DNA from: Pelagomonas calceolata
Lineage: Eukaryota
Direction: 5' to 3'
DNA: 64,000 nucleotides
Assembly: GCA_918797485.1 (NCBI GenBank)
Contig: CAKKNE010000004.1
Coordinates: forward strand, 1,178,001-1,242,000
A program made the position numbers and the translations under genes. The stretch's first letter is position 1, and every line of letters begins with the position of its first letter. This document shows, one piece after another, positions 32,448-51,276 of this stretch. Below the pieces are notes generated by a model. The model did no database searches, was not told where the DNA came from, and saw nothing but the letters and a program-made list of their open reading frames with translations.

Positions 32448-33584
32448 ATGGACGACGCGCCGAGCAGCATCGACGGCCAGGCGGCCGTCGACGAGGAGGA
32501 CGACAAGTTGCTGACGGAGCACCACGTCACGTTGTTGCCGCCGCACCTGCTCCGAGAGACGCCGAGCCAGCGGGACGGCATCGCGCGGGAGGAGGAAGAC
32601 AAACATAGGAGGTGGGCCTGCGGCCTCGCGCAGGAAGCGGGCATCCTCCTCAAGCTGCCGCAGCAGGTCATGTGCACGGCGCAAAATTTATTACATCGCT
32701 TCTACTACCGGAAATCCCTGAAAAGCTACGACGCCTTCGTCGCGGCCATGGGCTGCCTCTTCCTCGCCTCGAAGGTCGAAGAGAAGCCGAAGCGACTGCG
32801 GGAGGTCCTCTTCGCCTTCCACTACGTCTATAAAGTCAGGACCAATTCGACCGAGAAGATGGAGCTGGGGGGCGCCATGTACGCGGGCTGGAAGGAGAGC
32901 CTCGTGATGGTCGAGCGGACGATCCTCAAGGAACTGGGGTTCTCGTTCTACGTCATCGAGCACGCGCACCGCTTCATCTTATTCTACGTGAAGTTGTTGG
33001 ATGGCGACGCGGAGCTCGCCCAGGAGGCCTGGGCCTACTGCAACGATTCATTGAGGACCGATTTACAATTAAGGAGCAAGGCCGAGGTCATCGCGTGCGC
33101 GGCCGTGAAGCTCGCGGCCGCGAAGCTCCGGAGGACGCTCCCTTCCTTAGAGAAGGACGGCGTGGACTGGTGGGCGGCCTTCGGCGTCGACGGCGGCGAG
33201 TTGGACCGCGCGGCGGCCGAGATCACGGAGCTGTATGCTGCGAGTCCGTTGGTCTGGCTGCCTTCATTGGCGCCGGCCCCGCGCCTCACGGACCCGGCGT
33301 TCGCTGCGGCTGTCCTCGCGCGGCAGGAGGCGCGCGAGGCCGAGAAGAAGGCGGCGCAGGAGGCCCTGGACCGGGCCCGGGCCGAGGCGGCGGCGGCGCC
33401 GCCGCCGGCGCCCGCCGCCGCCGCCGCGGACGAGCGGCGGGCGCGGTCGCGGTCGCGGAGCCGGAGCCGGGACCGGGGCCGCCGCCGCCGCGACCGGTCG
33501 CGGTCGCGCGATCGGCACCGGTCGCGGCGCGACCGGCGGGACCGTAGCCGGTCCCGCGACCGGACGCGCGGGCGGCGGCGCTGA
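32448..33584 (+). CDS. CCNL1: Cyclin L
   Basis: TPSQRDGI, AGILLKLPQ..MCTAQ.L.HRFYY, LASKVEE, ERTILKELGF, AWAYCNDSLRT and a C-terminal RS domain. Confidence 0.93.
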   Translation: MDDAPSSIDGQAAVDEEDDKLLTEHHVTLLPPHLLRETPSQRDGIAREEEDKHRRWACGLAQEAGILLKLPQQVMCTAQNLLHRFYYRKSLKSYDAFVAAMGCLFLASKVEEKPKRLREVLFAFHYVYKVRTNSTEKMELGGAMYAGWKESLVMVERTILKELGFSFYVIEHAHRFILFYVKLLDGDAELAQEAWAYCNDSLRTDLQLRSKAEVIACAAVKLAAAKLRRTLPSLEKDGVDWWAAFGVDGGELDRAAAEITELYAASPLVWLPSLAPAPRLTDPAFAAAVLARQEAREAEKKAAQEALDRARAEAAAAPPPAPAAAAADERRARSRSRSRSRDRGRRRRDRSRSRDRHRSRRDRRDRSRSRDRTRGRRR

Positions 33585-36459
33585 GTCGTCTTTTTAAGTT
33601 GGTGTTGGTCCCGTCTCCTGGGCGTGGAGGTGGGCCATCGCGCCGAGCAGACTTTTGCCCATTTCTCGGGGGTTGGTGCGATTCGTCGGCGGCGGGGGCG
33701 TGCCGCGTTTTTCATCATGCAGCATTTCTCGGTCGATCCGGTACCCGGCGGCGAGGTTCTTGGGGTGTGTACGCCAGTCAAATTCACTATGTTAGTAACA
33801 TGAAACTATGTACTATCGGGGTGTCAATGCTGCCTGCCCCTCATCGTGGGCTCGAGGAGACGAAGAGTGCCATTCGCATGCTGGTTCAGGCACGCGTCAC
33901 AGAAGCCGTAGTAGTCGTACGTGTCCCGCAGGTGGTCGACGACGTCACTTTTCAGCGCGGGTGCAAACCGCGGCGCGCGGGCGCCGCGCGGCCGGCGCCT
34001 GCGCCAGTTCTCAGTGGATAAGAAACTATATGAGGATTTCTGTCCGGGGCGGGGGAGGGGGGCGCCGCGTACCGATGCTCGGATACCGCCCTCCCGCGAC
34101 CGGTAACGACGATCTATGAGAACGCGCGGGCGGTCATTGGCACTGCAGTAAACCGCGGAGGACCGAGCAGGCAGCCGTCCATACGCCTCCTTGGGGAATT
34201 GAAAGGTCCGGAAAGAAAGTCTTTGCTAGTATCTTACCTGAAGTACAGGCCGTAGGAGTTACAGGTAGTTAGGCTAAAGTGAAACGTAACCTAACTTAGT
34301 TAGGATGCAACTTTTTTTTTGGCTTGTGAAAAACGCCGGAACGGAGCAATATACAAGCCGCCAAGACTCCCTGGACTCTGCGCCGGAGGTGGTGCCACTG
34401 GTGGACGCGCCGTCGAGCCGCGCAGCGCCGAGTACGCCTACGACGTCGATGCGGCGCCCGAGGCCCGACGCGCTCGCCGCCGACGCCGTCGACGAGACAA
34501 GACACTGGCTTCGCCTCGACGAATATTCGAGCCCTGGCAGCCGTAGGCGTCGGCGCGACCGTAGAAAAACCTGTCAAATGGACGTAGAAGCGGTCAGATA
34601 CGTCCTCCCATTGCAACGCAGCCGATTATTCGGGTGCAAAAGGGGAGGAATGGCAAAATGTTCTTCAACATACTAGGAAATATAGAACCGCGGCCGCTGC
34701 CTGTGCGGCGCAGGGCTGCCCCGTGTCCTGTCCGGGACGCGGGCTGCCCTGGAAATACCTGCGGCAGCGCAGCGCTCCACGCGTTACCGCGCGCCGCTGC
34801 CCGATGCGGCGCACGCCATCGCGGCGGAGGCAATTTGAGGGGGGACCGTTGGCAGGAGCGCTCGGCCGTGGACGGGTGGACGGCTGTATACGATCAAGAT
34901 GGCCAACCCCGCGCGGCGTCGACGAACTTGTAAGGGCACTGGCGAACGACTGCTGCGCGCTCGACGATGTCAAAAACTAAAGCACACGGACGACTGCCCG
35001 AAGGGGTGGTCCTTGACCCCCCTTCACCGGTGCGTGTGCGATGCAGCGTCTATTAGAGAGACGCTTTCGCGCCCAGACGCAATTCCCACGCAGGTAGGAC
35101 GAAACGCGCACCGGCTACTACTGCTGCCCCGTGCTCTTCCGTCGCGCTGCTACCAGGGGCCCGGTAGTGCATGTACAGGTGGAGAGTCACTGTCCCTTGA
35201 CGCCCAAGAAGGTCTTCTTCGAAGCTTCGTGCCGGACAAAGGAGCCGCAGTCAGCAGGAAATCCTCCTGGCTGGTACTCGCTCTTTGAACGGTCCGCTTC
35301 ATGTTAGAAGCACGATGGAGCGTGAGGTAGACGTGGCGACGTTTGCACCGAACGCGATGGCGTCGAATTGAAACACCGCAGTCCGGCAGGTCTTGGTGAA
35401 GCTGCTGCCCGAGCCGACAGAGGAGCCGACCCGCCGACCTGCGCGCCGCCGCACTCTACTCACCCGCCGACCTACCGGCGGGAACCCGACGGCGCCGTGG
35501 ACCTTTTGAGGACCACGGTGTCGCCGCACTCTATATTCACCCGCCGACCTACCGGTGGGAACCCGACTGCGCGGTCGACCTTCTGAGGATGACCGCGTAC
35601 CTCACGCTAAGATTGCTGGACTAACTCGTGCAGTACAACCGGGCACCGTGGTGCTGCGTTTGCGGATCAACCATTGGCGCCAAGGAGGGGATCTGCTAAC
35701 GGTTCGTGCGTGCAAGCTGCGCGCGACCTGTAGGCGGGCACCTGACTGTGCGGAAACATGTGAAGAGCTATACAGCAAAGGCTACGACTGGTGGAAAACA
35801 GTTCGTTTGAGGATCTGGGAGACGTGTCGTGTGGAAGTGAACCGGCTAACCCTTTGGGGGGAACTATCGATCTGATGGTGGTTTGTAACTATACGGCATG
35901 CCTTCTCCTTCTGGGACGACAGAGGATGCGTGTGTTGTAGCTGGCGGACAACCTGTGTTAGACGGCCGCAGCGTTCTTCTGCCGGGCGACGAACTCCGTC
36001 GCGGCCGACGCCATCGACGCTCGCCGACGAGGCAGGCGGGCAGGGCAGCTCGTGCGAGGCCGGCTTCGACGCGGGCGGGACGCTGGACGTCGTTGGTGAA
36101 GACAATAGACACCGCCGACGCCGTCGATACGGTTCCATGATATTGTGGTGGGCAACTACGCTACCCTTCAGCTGCGACCCTAGACGCCTCCTGAACCTTG
36201 CGGCGACCGCGGGGAAGTGATGATGATGGTCTTATTTGGAGAGCGGGTTTTGCTGCTTTTGGAAAAAAGACCAGCTGTCGGTCGCCGGCTATAGCGCGGA
36301 CCGCCGCTTGCCTGCAGTGCTCAAAACAATGTTTCAGCACCGCCAAACGTCACAGATGGCTTACGGCTATCAAAGATGGAGGACTATCACAAACTCAAAG
36401 TTGTCTGCAATTGCTTGTCGCCGCCATGCCGCGGCGCCATCGCGTGAAGCGCCGCCGCG

Positions 36460-44399
<7,940 letters not shown>

Positions 44400-45191
44400 T
44401 GATTGATTGGCTACGTACCGGTGTGCAAGGCGACGACGTCACACACGCGGCAGAGGATTTGGAAAGTATCCCACGGCTCATGATAAAACTGTTTGAGCGC
44501 TGCACCCCCGTGTAAATATACATATCCAGCCTAGTCCTCCAGAAGCGAGGCTTCGCAGACTCGTCTCGCTCGAGTCTCGCTCTCTAGTCTCGCTCCGGCC
44601 GCGGTGAGCGCCGCCCAGAAATCTGGCCAGGGCGGTAGGCCGAGGCGCCCGCGGGGGGACGTCTATGTGTCGAGCCCGGAGGTTTAGTAGTAATTTGTCA
44701 AGCTGCTAGTGTCTCACGACCGCTAGCTTGTGGCCAAACCCAGGCCGACAAACTTGGCCGCCGACAAACGCACCCAACGCTCACAAAAGTAAATCCCGCG
44801 TCCCAGACCCCCTTAAAAAATCTGCGCCGATCACATACAACGCCCACTCGCCGAGAAAATCCGCCGCGCGCTCGAAGACGTTAAATTCACCCTGGAACAT
44901 GCCAGCAACCGAAGCTCGTGGCACGCAACGGGCGCCGGCGGCGCCACCAAGCCGCGCGCGGTTTGCGGCGCGCCGGCACGCGAGGCCGTGCGAACGACGG
45001 CGGCCGAAAACGCGCACAACACACAAGCCGGCCGCACGACGTTCTCGCGCGCAGGCACACCTAATCGGTCCGGGCTCCTTTTGAGCTCTCATCCGCACCA
45101 CCGCCACCACCAAAGTGCCGCCGCGGCGTCCGCGCCACAACCTCGCGCGCGAAACCGTCTCTCACGCAGACCAAAACCAAAACCAAGACCA

Positions 45192-45973
45192 ATGACGACG
45201 CGCGCGGCGCTCCTCGCCCTCGCGCTCGCCGCGCATGGCGACGCGTGCTTCCGCGCGGACACCGGCGGCTGCGCGGACGCGGGTTATGTTGATTGGCAGT
45301 CGTCGCCCGAGGCCTGCCAGGTCGCGTGCCTCTCCATGCCCGGCTGCGAGAGCTTCGAGTGGCGCGGCGGCACGCTCGGTCTGTGCGACCTCTGCACGGC
45401 GCCGACGCCCGGCGCGCCCAAGGCCGACGCGGTCTGGGGCCCGCGGTCCTGCGACGCGGCGGACGAGCCGGGGCCCGTCGCCGCGGCCTCGGAAGCCGTC
45501 GCCGCGGCTCATGGCGTCTGCGCCGACCCGGACCCCGAGCGGGACATGCGGGACCGCCTCGAGGCGGCCGCGCGCCTCTCGGCGGTCGTGAAGCTGTTAG
45601 TGAAGGATGAGCTGAGCAAAGCCGACTTCGCCGCGGCGGCTTCCCAGGCCGCGGCGCTACTAGAGCGGGCGGACTGCGCGCCGACGCCCTGCAACGGCGG
45701 CGCCATCCTCTGGTCGACGCTCGAGATGCTCCTCCTCGCGCTTGACGGAGACGCCGCGAGGGCCTTCCCCCACGACGTCGACCTCTATCTGACTTCGCGC
45801 CGAAGGACTGGTACGAGGCCACGAACGTGTGCGCGGCCGAAGGCAAGGTCCTCTGTGGCGTCGAGCAGCCGTGCATAAACCGGGGGTGCTCCTACAACAG
45901 ACACTACCAGTGGACGGGCCAGGAGTGCCAGGCCGGCGACGCGGGCCTGCCGGCTGCGTGCGCGTCAGCGTGA
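45192..45973 (+). CDS. Secreted Cys-rich protein (PAN/apple-like plus lectin-like tail), 1-nt frameshift near 45790
   Basis: Signal peptide and SPEACQVACLSMPGCESFEW..C.L. The shifted frame from 45791 reads DFAPKDWYEATNVCAAEGKVLC to TGA at 45973. Confidence 0.65.
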
Positions 45974-46286
45974 TTCCCTTCCTACGATTCCCTTCCCTTG
46001 ATTGTAACTCCCCTTTGATTGGCTCTCGAGAGCAGGGACGACGTCGTCGCGACATTGCGATTTGTGGTTCGGAGCGTGATCCAATCGGGCGCCGGATCGG
46101 ATTAGCTAGCGGTCTGTAAGGCACTAGCACACAAGCAGGCGGAGGCACTAGCACACGAGAAATCGGTCGGTCCAACACGTGGTCCGTAATCGTCATGTCG
46201 TGCGGGCACCGGCGGCCAAAATCTGAAAGCTCGAGCCAGAAACAAGAACAAGACATAGGCAGGCGCAGGCATCAAGGCAGCCCGGG

Positions 46287-49200
46287 ATGGACGCTGCGGC
46301 GGAAGCGCGCCGCGCCGAGCCCGCGGTGGCAGCACCGTTCCGCGACCCGGCGGCGGCCGCGGCGCCATTCCCCTGCGGACTTTGCGCCAACTTCCACGGC
46401 AACGAGTCCGGCTTCTGTCCCCAGTGCTCGCGGCGGCTCGTGCCGCCGCACGCCATAGCGACGCTGGCGCGCGCGCAGCGGAAAGTCTACCTCGGTCTCC
46501 TCACGCTGGTCATGTCGATCTTCGAGACGAGCGACAAGCTCGTCATCGGCGTGTTCGCCCTGTCGACGACGCTGGTCGTGCTCTTTTGGTTCCTGACCAA
46601 GGCCGTGGCGACGGGGGACCCGGCCTGGGTCGCGGCTCTCGTGGTCGTCGCCGTCGCCGCCATTTGCTGCGGGCCCGTCATGAGCCGCATGATCCGCGCC
46701 ATCGAGGCCGTCGACGCCGTCGCGGACGAGTTCGACGCCGCGTCGAAGAAGCTGCTCGCGGACCGCGACGAGGCGCGGCGCGGGCCCGCGTCCTTCGCGC
46801 CCCCGGCCCCACCTCGCCAGCCGAGCCGGGAGCTGCGCGAGATCTACGTCCGCGCGCGCGAGCGCCGCGACCCCTTCGCGGACATCCTCGCGGTCGTGTC
46901 GCGCACGGGCAAGCGGGCGACGGAGGCCCCGCGCGAGATCCGCGGGCCGAGCGTCAAGCACTTAGCCCGGGCGCGGGAGAAGACGGAGCTAGACTATGGC
47001 GGCGACCTGAGCCAGCTCCGCGACGTGCTACGCGGCTCGGTCGTCTGCGAGACGGTGGACGAGCTAAACGAAGTTGTCGACGCGCTGCGCGCCCTGGAGG
47101 ACGTAGAAATAGTGCGCATAAAAAATCGGTTCCGCGACGACCCGACGCCGAGCGGCTACCGCGACGTGAACGTCAACCTCGTCTACCACGGCCTCGTCGT
47201 CGAGCTCCAGATACATCTTTCTGAGGTGCTTCGCGTGGCGGACCGCCAGCACGTCGCGTACGAGGCGGCGCGGGAACTGGACCTGATGGGCGTCCTCGAG
47301 AAGCCCGACACTGCGTCTTTGTCGGAGACCGCCGCGCCCGCCGCGACGGCCGTCGCGTACAACGCCGCCCGCCTCGTGATCGCGCTGCTCAGCCTCTTCG
47401 TCGCGGTGCTGTATCTCGACGTGTTTACGCTCAAAGGACTGCGTCTCTTCGTCAGGCGCGCCGACCCTGGCACCTGGCGCGGCTTCGAGCAACCCTTCGT
47501 CGTCCACCGCGTCTACGGCATCGCGCTAGCCGCCCCCTACCTAGCCAACGTGTACATGTTGATGCGCGCCGCGGGCTTTTTCGGCGACGCGGCCAGGGCC
47601 GCAAGACGCGAACGGACGCGCATCGGCCTGCTCTACGAAAGGTACTTCGGCTACGAGGGCTCGCACTTCGTGTGGAAGGTGTTCTGTTTTCAAACCGCCG
47701 AGGTCGCGCTGCAGGCCGCGGGCAAGATACCGCTTTTTGGGATCTACTTGGGAAAGGAAGGCGGAAACCTCGCGTTTTGGTTCGTGTACGTCTTCGTCCT
47801 CGCCCTGACCGTCAACGTCTTGTACCCGCCGCTCCTGCTGCGAAGCCGCCTCGTGCTTAGGCAGCGCGACATCGCGTACTGCGTCGACACGTTCCTCGAC
47901 ATAGTGTACGCCCTCACGCCGTTCGTCTTCTTGCTCTCTGGCATACGCAGCCAGGCGATGCTGATACCCCACGAACCAATCGCCTACGTGTCGAACCTGG
48001 TCCCCTTGATGCACGCTCATTTCGTGATTGCGACCCTCGAGACCGCCGGCGAGCGAGCGCGGGCGCCGAAGCCAGTGGCTCCCAGCGACGTTGATGTGCT
48101 AAAAGACGGCACCGAGCCGCCGCCGAAGCCGGCACCGCCGCAAGCGACGCCGGCTGGACGCCGGTACCGCAGGCTCGTCGTCGGCTGTCTGGGCGTTTGG
48201 ACCCTCGCCATGGGTTGCTTTTACTCTGATAAGTCCCCCTTGCACTGGTTTGTGCGAGGCGCCATGCGAAAGGATTTCACGTGTCAGTACGTGAAGGACG
48301 GGGCCGTGCGCCATTGGAAGGAGTGGGGACCGGAACAGCCCAACACGCGCAACGCCACCTGGCCAACATTTGTGCGCTCGCCAGATATGCAACGCGGCTG
48401 CACAGTCGACGAAGACTGCATGGCCGAGCCGGGCTGCGACGGCGGCTATTGTTTGATTGAAGAAAAAGGGCAGCCCGTGTGCGCCACGAAGGGCTCAGAT
48501 GCGCGATGTGTCAACGCACCCCAGGGCTTCGACCTCGGCAATGGCGATTGGTGCCAGGACGGCGAGCGCCAGGTTCATTGCTTTCGGCATTTCACGGATG
48601 TTTTCCCCCAGCCGTGCACGACCTTGCAGGACTGCGTCGTGCCGGGCTGCGACGGGACCGCTAATATCGGTTGTGGCATGGGCATCTGCGAGACGGGCAC
48701 GCATGATGCGAGGTGCCAAAACGAGACCGGTCCCGCGGGCTGGTTTTGGGATAACGTCACGTACCCGCCTTGGACTATAGATTACACCGGGAAGTACACA
48801 TACAACGCGATAAACAATTACGAATGGATTGACGAGAACAAGGTGGATTGGATGGACGAATTTTGCCACCAAGGTAGCGCGCAGAGAGTATGCGTCGCAC
48901 CGCCGGACTCGGGTATATCTGCTGCGGACTTTGTGAACTTTGCGTACACGCGCGACGTGATAGATCACTCGGACGTCGAGGAGGGGGATGTTACACAGTG
49001 CGCATATCCGGACTGGCTCTGGCTTAAGGTCACGCGCGGCCGGCCGTGGTCTACACGACTGGGGTTCTTAATTGCGTATTTTTCCCTCTGCCTGCCGTTC
49101 ATGCTATCGTTTTTGGTACTACCGACGTTTGCGGAACGCGCGGGCCGACGGTCGGTGTCGGTCTGGCGGCAGACCCTCGGCCTAGCGGCCATCTGCTTTG

Positions 49201-50483
49201 TGATATACGCCTTTTTCGACCTCACGGGCATACCAATTTTACTAACCTCGTTCCTCGTCGTCCTGGGTTACTATTTAGCCATCGCCATCGAGGCGCGCCG
49301 GGTCGTCGGGCTGTACGTATCGATCGTCGCGTTGCTGGTCGTAAACTACTACATAGCTTTCGGCTTGGTCGTCGTCGGACTTTCGGTTTTGGCGTTTGCT
49401 CCGCAGCGCGGCGAGAAAGACGCAGTGCGGGAGAAGTTACGGCGTGGCGCGCAGACAAAGGCGGACGCCGCCGCGGCCCAGGGACGACTCCCTCGCTGGG
49501 CCTGCCTAGTTTATTTTGTCTTGACGTTGACCTTCATCGCTTTGGCCTTCTCCGGCGACCTCGGCACAGACAACTCAAGAACAAATTGTTTCCCCTGCGA
49601 ATGCAGCAACCACGAGCTCGTCGACTGTTACGGAGATGCCACGACGCTCGAGTGGACCGCTTCGTCTTGGAACCGCATCGACTCCTTGCCAGACGTTCTG
49701 AAACTTCCCAATAGCGGCATCAAAGGGATCAAGCCAGGAACCTTCGAGAGTATGGACTGGCTCGAACGGTTGGATTTGAGCCGCAACAAAATCACGGAGA
49801 TCGAAGCCTCGACGTTTCGAGGTCTCGGCCAGCTACGCGAGCTGGACCTTGACGCGAGTGCCATTTACGAAGTGGCGCCTTTCGCATTTCTCGGGTTGAG
49901 GAATCTCGAAGACCTACGCATGGGCAACAATGCCATCTCCATCCTTAGATCCAGCACGTTTGCGGGTCTTGGTAGATTGCAAGCACTAGACTTGAGCTAC
50001 AATAGGATAGAAAGCATCGAACCTGGAGCGTTTGTCGGCCTCGGCGCCCTAAAGTCGCTACAGATGCAGACGGCCATAGCGCGCATTGGAGAGTCTGAAG
50101 AGATGAGCGACCGCAATGCCCTCACCGTCCTCAGAAACGGCACCTTCGAGGGCCTAAATGCATTGAGCGGTTCTCTCGACTTAGCCCATAACGGAATTTG
50201 GATAATTGAACCCGGGGCATTTGTCGGCCTGCGTAGTCTCACGATGTTGCGTTTACATATGAACGATCTATGGGGCCTTCAGACCAACACCTTTCTCGGT
50301 CTGGAAAATTTGAAAGAACTGCACTTGCAGGGCAATAATTTTTGGAATCCCGAGTTGATCCAGACCGGGGCGTTTGCTGGGCTACCTAGTCTCGAGACTA
50401 TTATGTTCCTTGAAAGCGGTGGTACTATCTGCGGTACTTTGCACGCGACGGGCGAATTGCCGCAGTCTGTCGCTTGCTGGTAG
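46287..50483 (+). CDS. Multi-pass membrane protein: A20-like zinc finger, RelA/SpoT-like nucleotidyltransferase, Cys-rich region, LRR
   Basis: CGLCANFHG...FCPQC; K...RAREK...DYGGD...LRDVLRGS...KNRF...GYRDVNVN...ELQIH; many TM helices; CFPCEC cap followed by ~9 LxxLxLxxN repeats. Confidence 0.85.
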   Translation: MDAAAEARRAEPAVAAPFRDPAAAAAPFPCGLCANFHGNESGFCPQCSRRLVPPHAIATLARAQRKVYLGLLTLVMSIFETSDKLVIGVFALSTTLVVLFWFLTKAVATGDPAWVAALVVVAVAAICCGPVMSRMIRAIEAVDAVADEFDAASKKLLADRDEARRGPASFAPPAPPRQPSRELREIYVRARERRDPFADILAVVSRTGKRATEAPREIRGPSVKHLARAREKTELDYGGDLSQLRDVLRGSVVCETVDELNEVVDALRALEDVEIVRIKNRFRDDPTPSGYRDVNVNLVYHGLVVELQIHLSEVLRVADRQHVAYEAARELDLMGVLEKPDTASLSETAAPAATAVAYNAARLVIALLSLFVAVLYLDVFTLKGLRLFVRRADPGTWRGFEQPFVVHRVYGIALAAPYLANVYMLMRAAGFFGDAARAARRERTRIGLLYERYFGYEGSHFVWKVFCFQTAEVALQAAGKIPLFGIYLGKEGGNLAFWFVYVFVLALTVNVLYPPLLLRSRLVLRQRDIAYCVDTFLDIVYALTPFVFLLSGIRSQAMLIPHEPIAYVSNLVPLMHAHFVIATLETAGERARAPKPVAPSDVDVLKDGTEPPPKPAPPQATPAGRRYRRLVVGCLGVWTLAMGCFYSDKSPLHWFVRGAMRKDFTCQYVKDGAVRHWKEWGPEQPNTRNATWPTFVRSPDMQRGCTVDEDCMAEPGCDGGYCLIEEKGQPVCATKGSDARCVNAPQGFDLGNGDWCQDGERQVHCFRHFTDVFPQPCTTLQDCVVPGCDGTANIGCGMGICETGTHDARCQNETGPAGWFWDNVTYPPWTIDYTGKYTYNAINNYEWIDENKVDWMDEFCHQGSAQRVCVAPPDSGISAADFVNFAYTRDVIDHSDVEEGDVTQCAYPDWLWLKVTRGRPWSTRLGFLIAYFSLCLPFMLSFLVLPTFAERAGRRSVSVWRQTLGLAAICFVIYAFFDLTGIPILLTSFLVVLGYYLAIAIEARRVVGLYVSIVALLVVNYYIAFGLVVVGLSVLAFAPQRGEKDAVREKLRRGAQTKADAAAAQGRLPRWACLVYFVLTLTFIALAFSGDLGTDNSRTNCFPCECSNHELVDCYGDATTLEWTASSWNRIDSLPDVLKLPNSGIKGIKPGTFESMDWLERLDLSRNKITEIEASTFRGLGQLRELDLDASAIYEVAPFAFLGLRNLEDLRMGNNAISILRSSTFAGLGRLQALDLSYNRIESIEPGAFVGLGALKSLQMQTAIARIGESEEMSDRNALTVLRNGTFEGLNALSGSLDLAHNGIWIIEPGAFVGLRSLTMLRLHMNDLWGLQTNTFLGLENLKELHLQGNNFWNPELIQTGAFAGLPSLETIMFLESGGTICGTLHATGELPQSVACW

Positions 50484-50558
50484 AGTGTCACGCGAATCCT
50501 AGTCTATCTATCGATCGGCACGACGAAAGCGCATTCCGTGCTGCCTGCTCGCCTTGCC

Positions 50559-50700
50559 GCCGTCCCCCGACATCCTCGTACGCTGCCGACCGTCCCCCGA
50601 CATCCTCGTATGCTGCCGAACTCCTTAATTATATTTTACCTACTACTATATAAGGATAGTACTACTTGTACCTACTACCATATAAGGATAGTACTACCTG
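50559..50700. repeat. Short tandem duplications
   Basis: 30-bp ccgtcccccgacatcctcgtaYgctgccga x2, and tataaggatagtactac x2. Confidence 0.8.
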
Positions 50701-51160
50701 TAGTATCTAACCTAGATCACCTAGAGATCTCCAGCTAGCCGAGGTCCTCCATAAATAATACCACTTAGTGATTCATTTACAAGCCCCTTCGAAGGATGGC
50801 TTGTAGTCCGACGAGAGACTCGGAGATAGACGCTTATGGTGCCCCGCCCCAGCGAGTACGGACCCCGAACGCTTCGCCACGCGCAAAAACCCGCCGGCTT
50901 CAATTGGAGCCGCAATTGAGGGGGTACCGCCCCGGGGCGCGGCTTCCAGGGCTCCCCGCGTTTAGGAACGCGCTAGCGGCCTGTAAGACACTAGGGATGC
51001 CTAGCAAGCCGGGGCTGAGAGAGAGCCTGAGCCTGGAGCACACGCGCGTCCGTACCCACACGCTCTGTTCGCTGTCTTATATGCTAAGTCCTAAGCACAC
51101 ACGCAGATTCAGCCACGCACTGGTCGCTTCGTCGCGTGTCACACATCATATTCTTCTCCG

Positions 51161-51232
51161 GTGCAGCCAGAGACACGACGGGGCTGCCCAACAAACCAGT
51201 GCAGCCAGAGACACGGCGGGGCTGCCCAACAA
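51161..51232. repeat. 38-bp-period tandem duplication
   Basis: gtgcagccagagacacgRcggggctgcccaacaa x2. Confidence 0.85.
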
Positions 51233-51276
51233 TCTTGTCAGCATGGACATAAGCTCTCACTAGTGCACCCGCGCGC

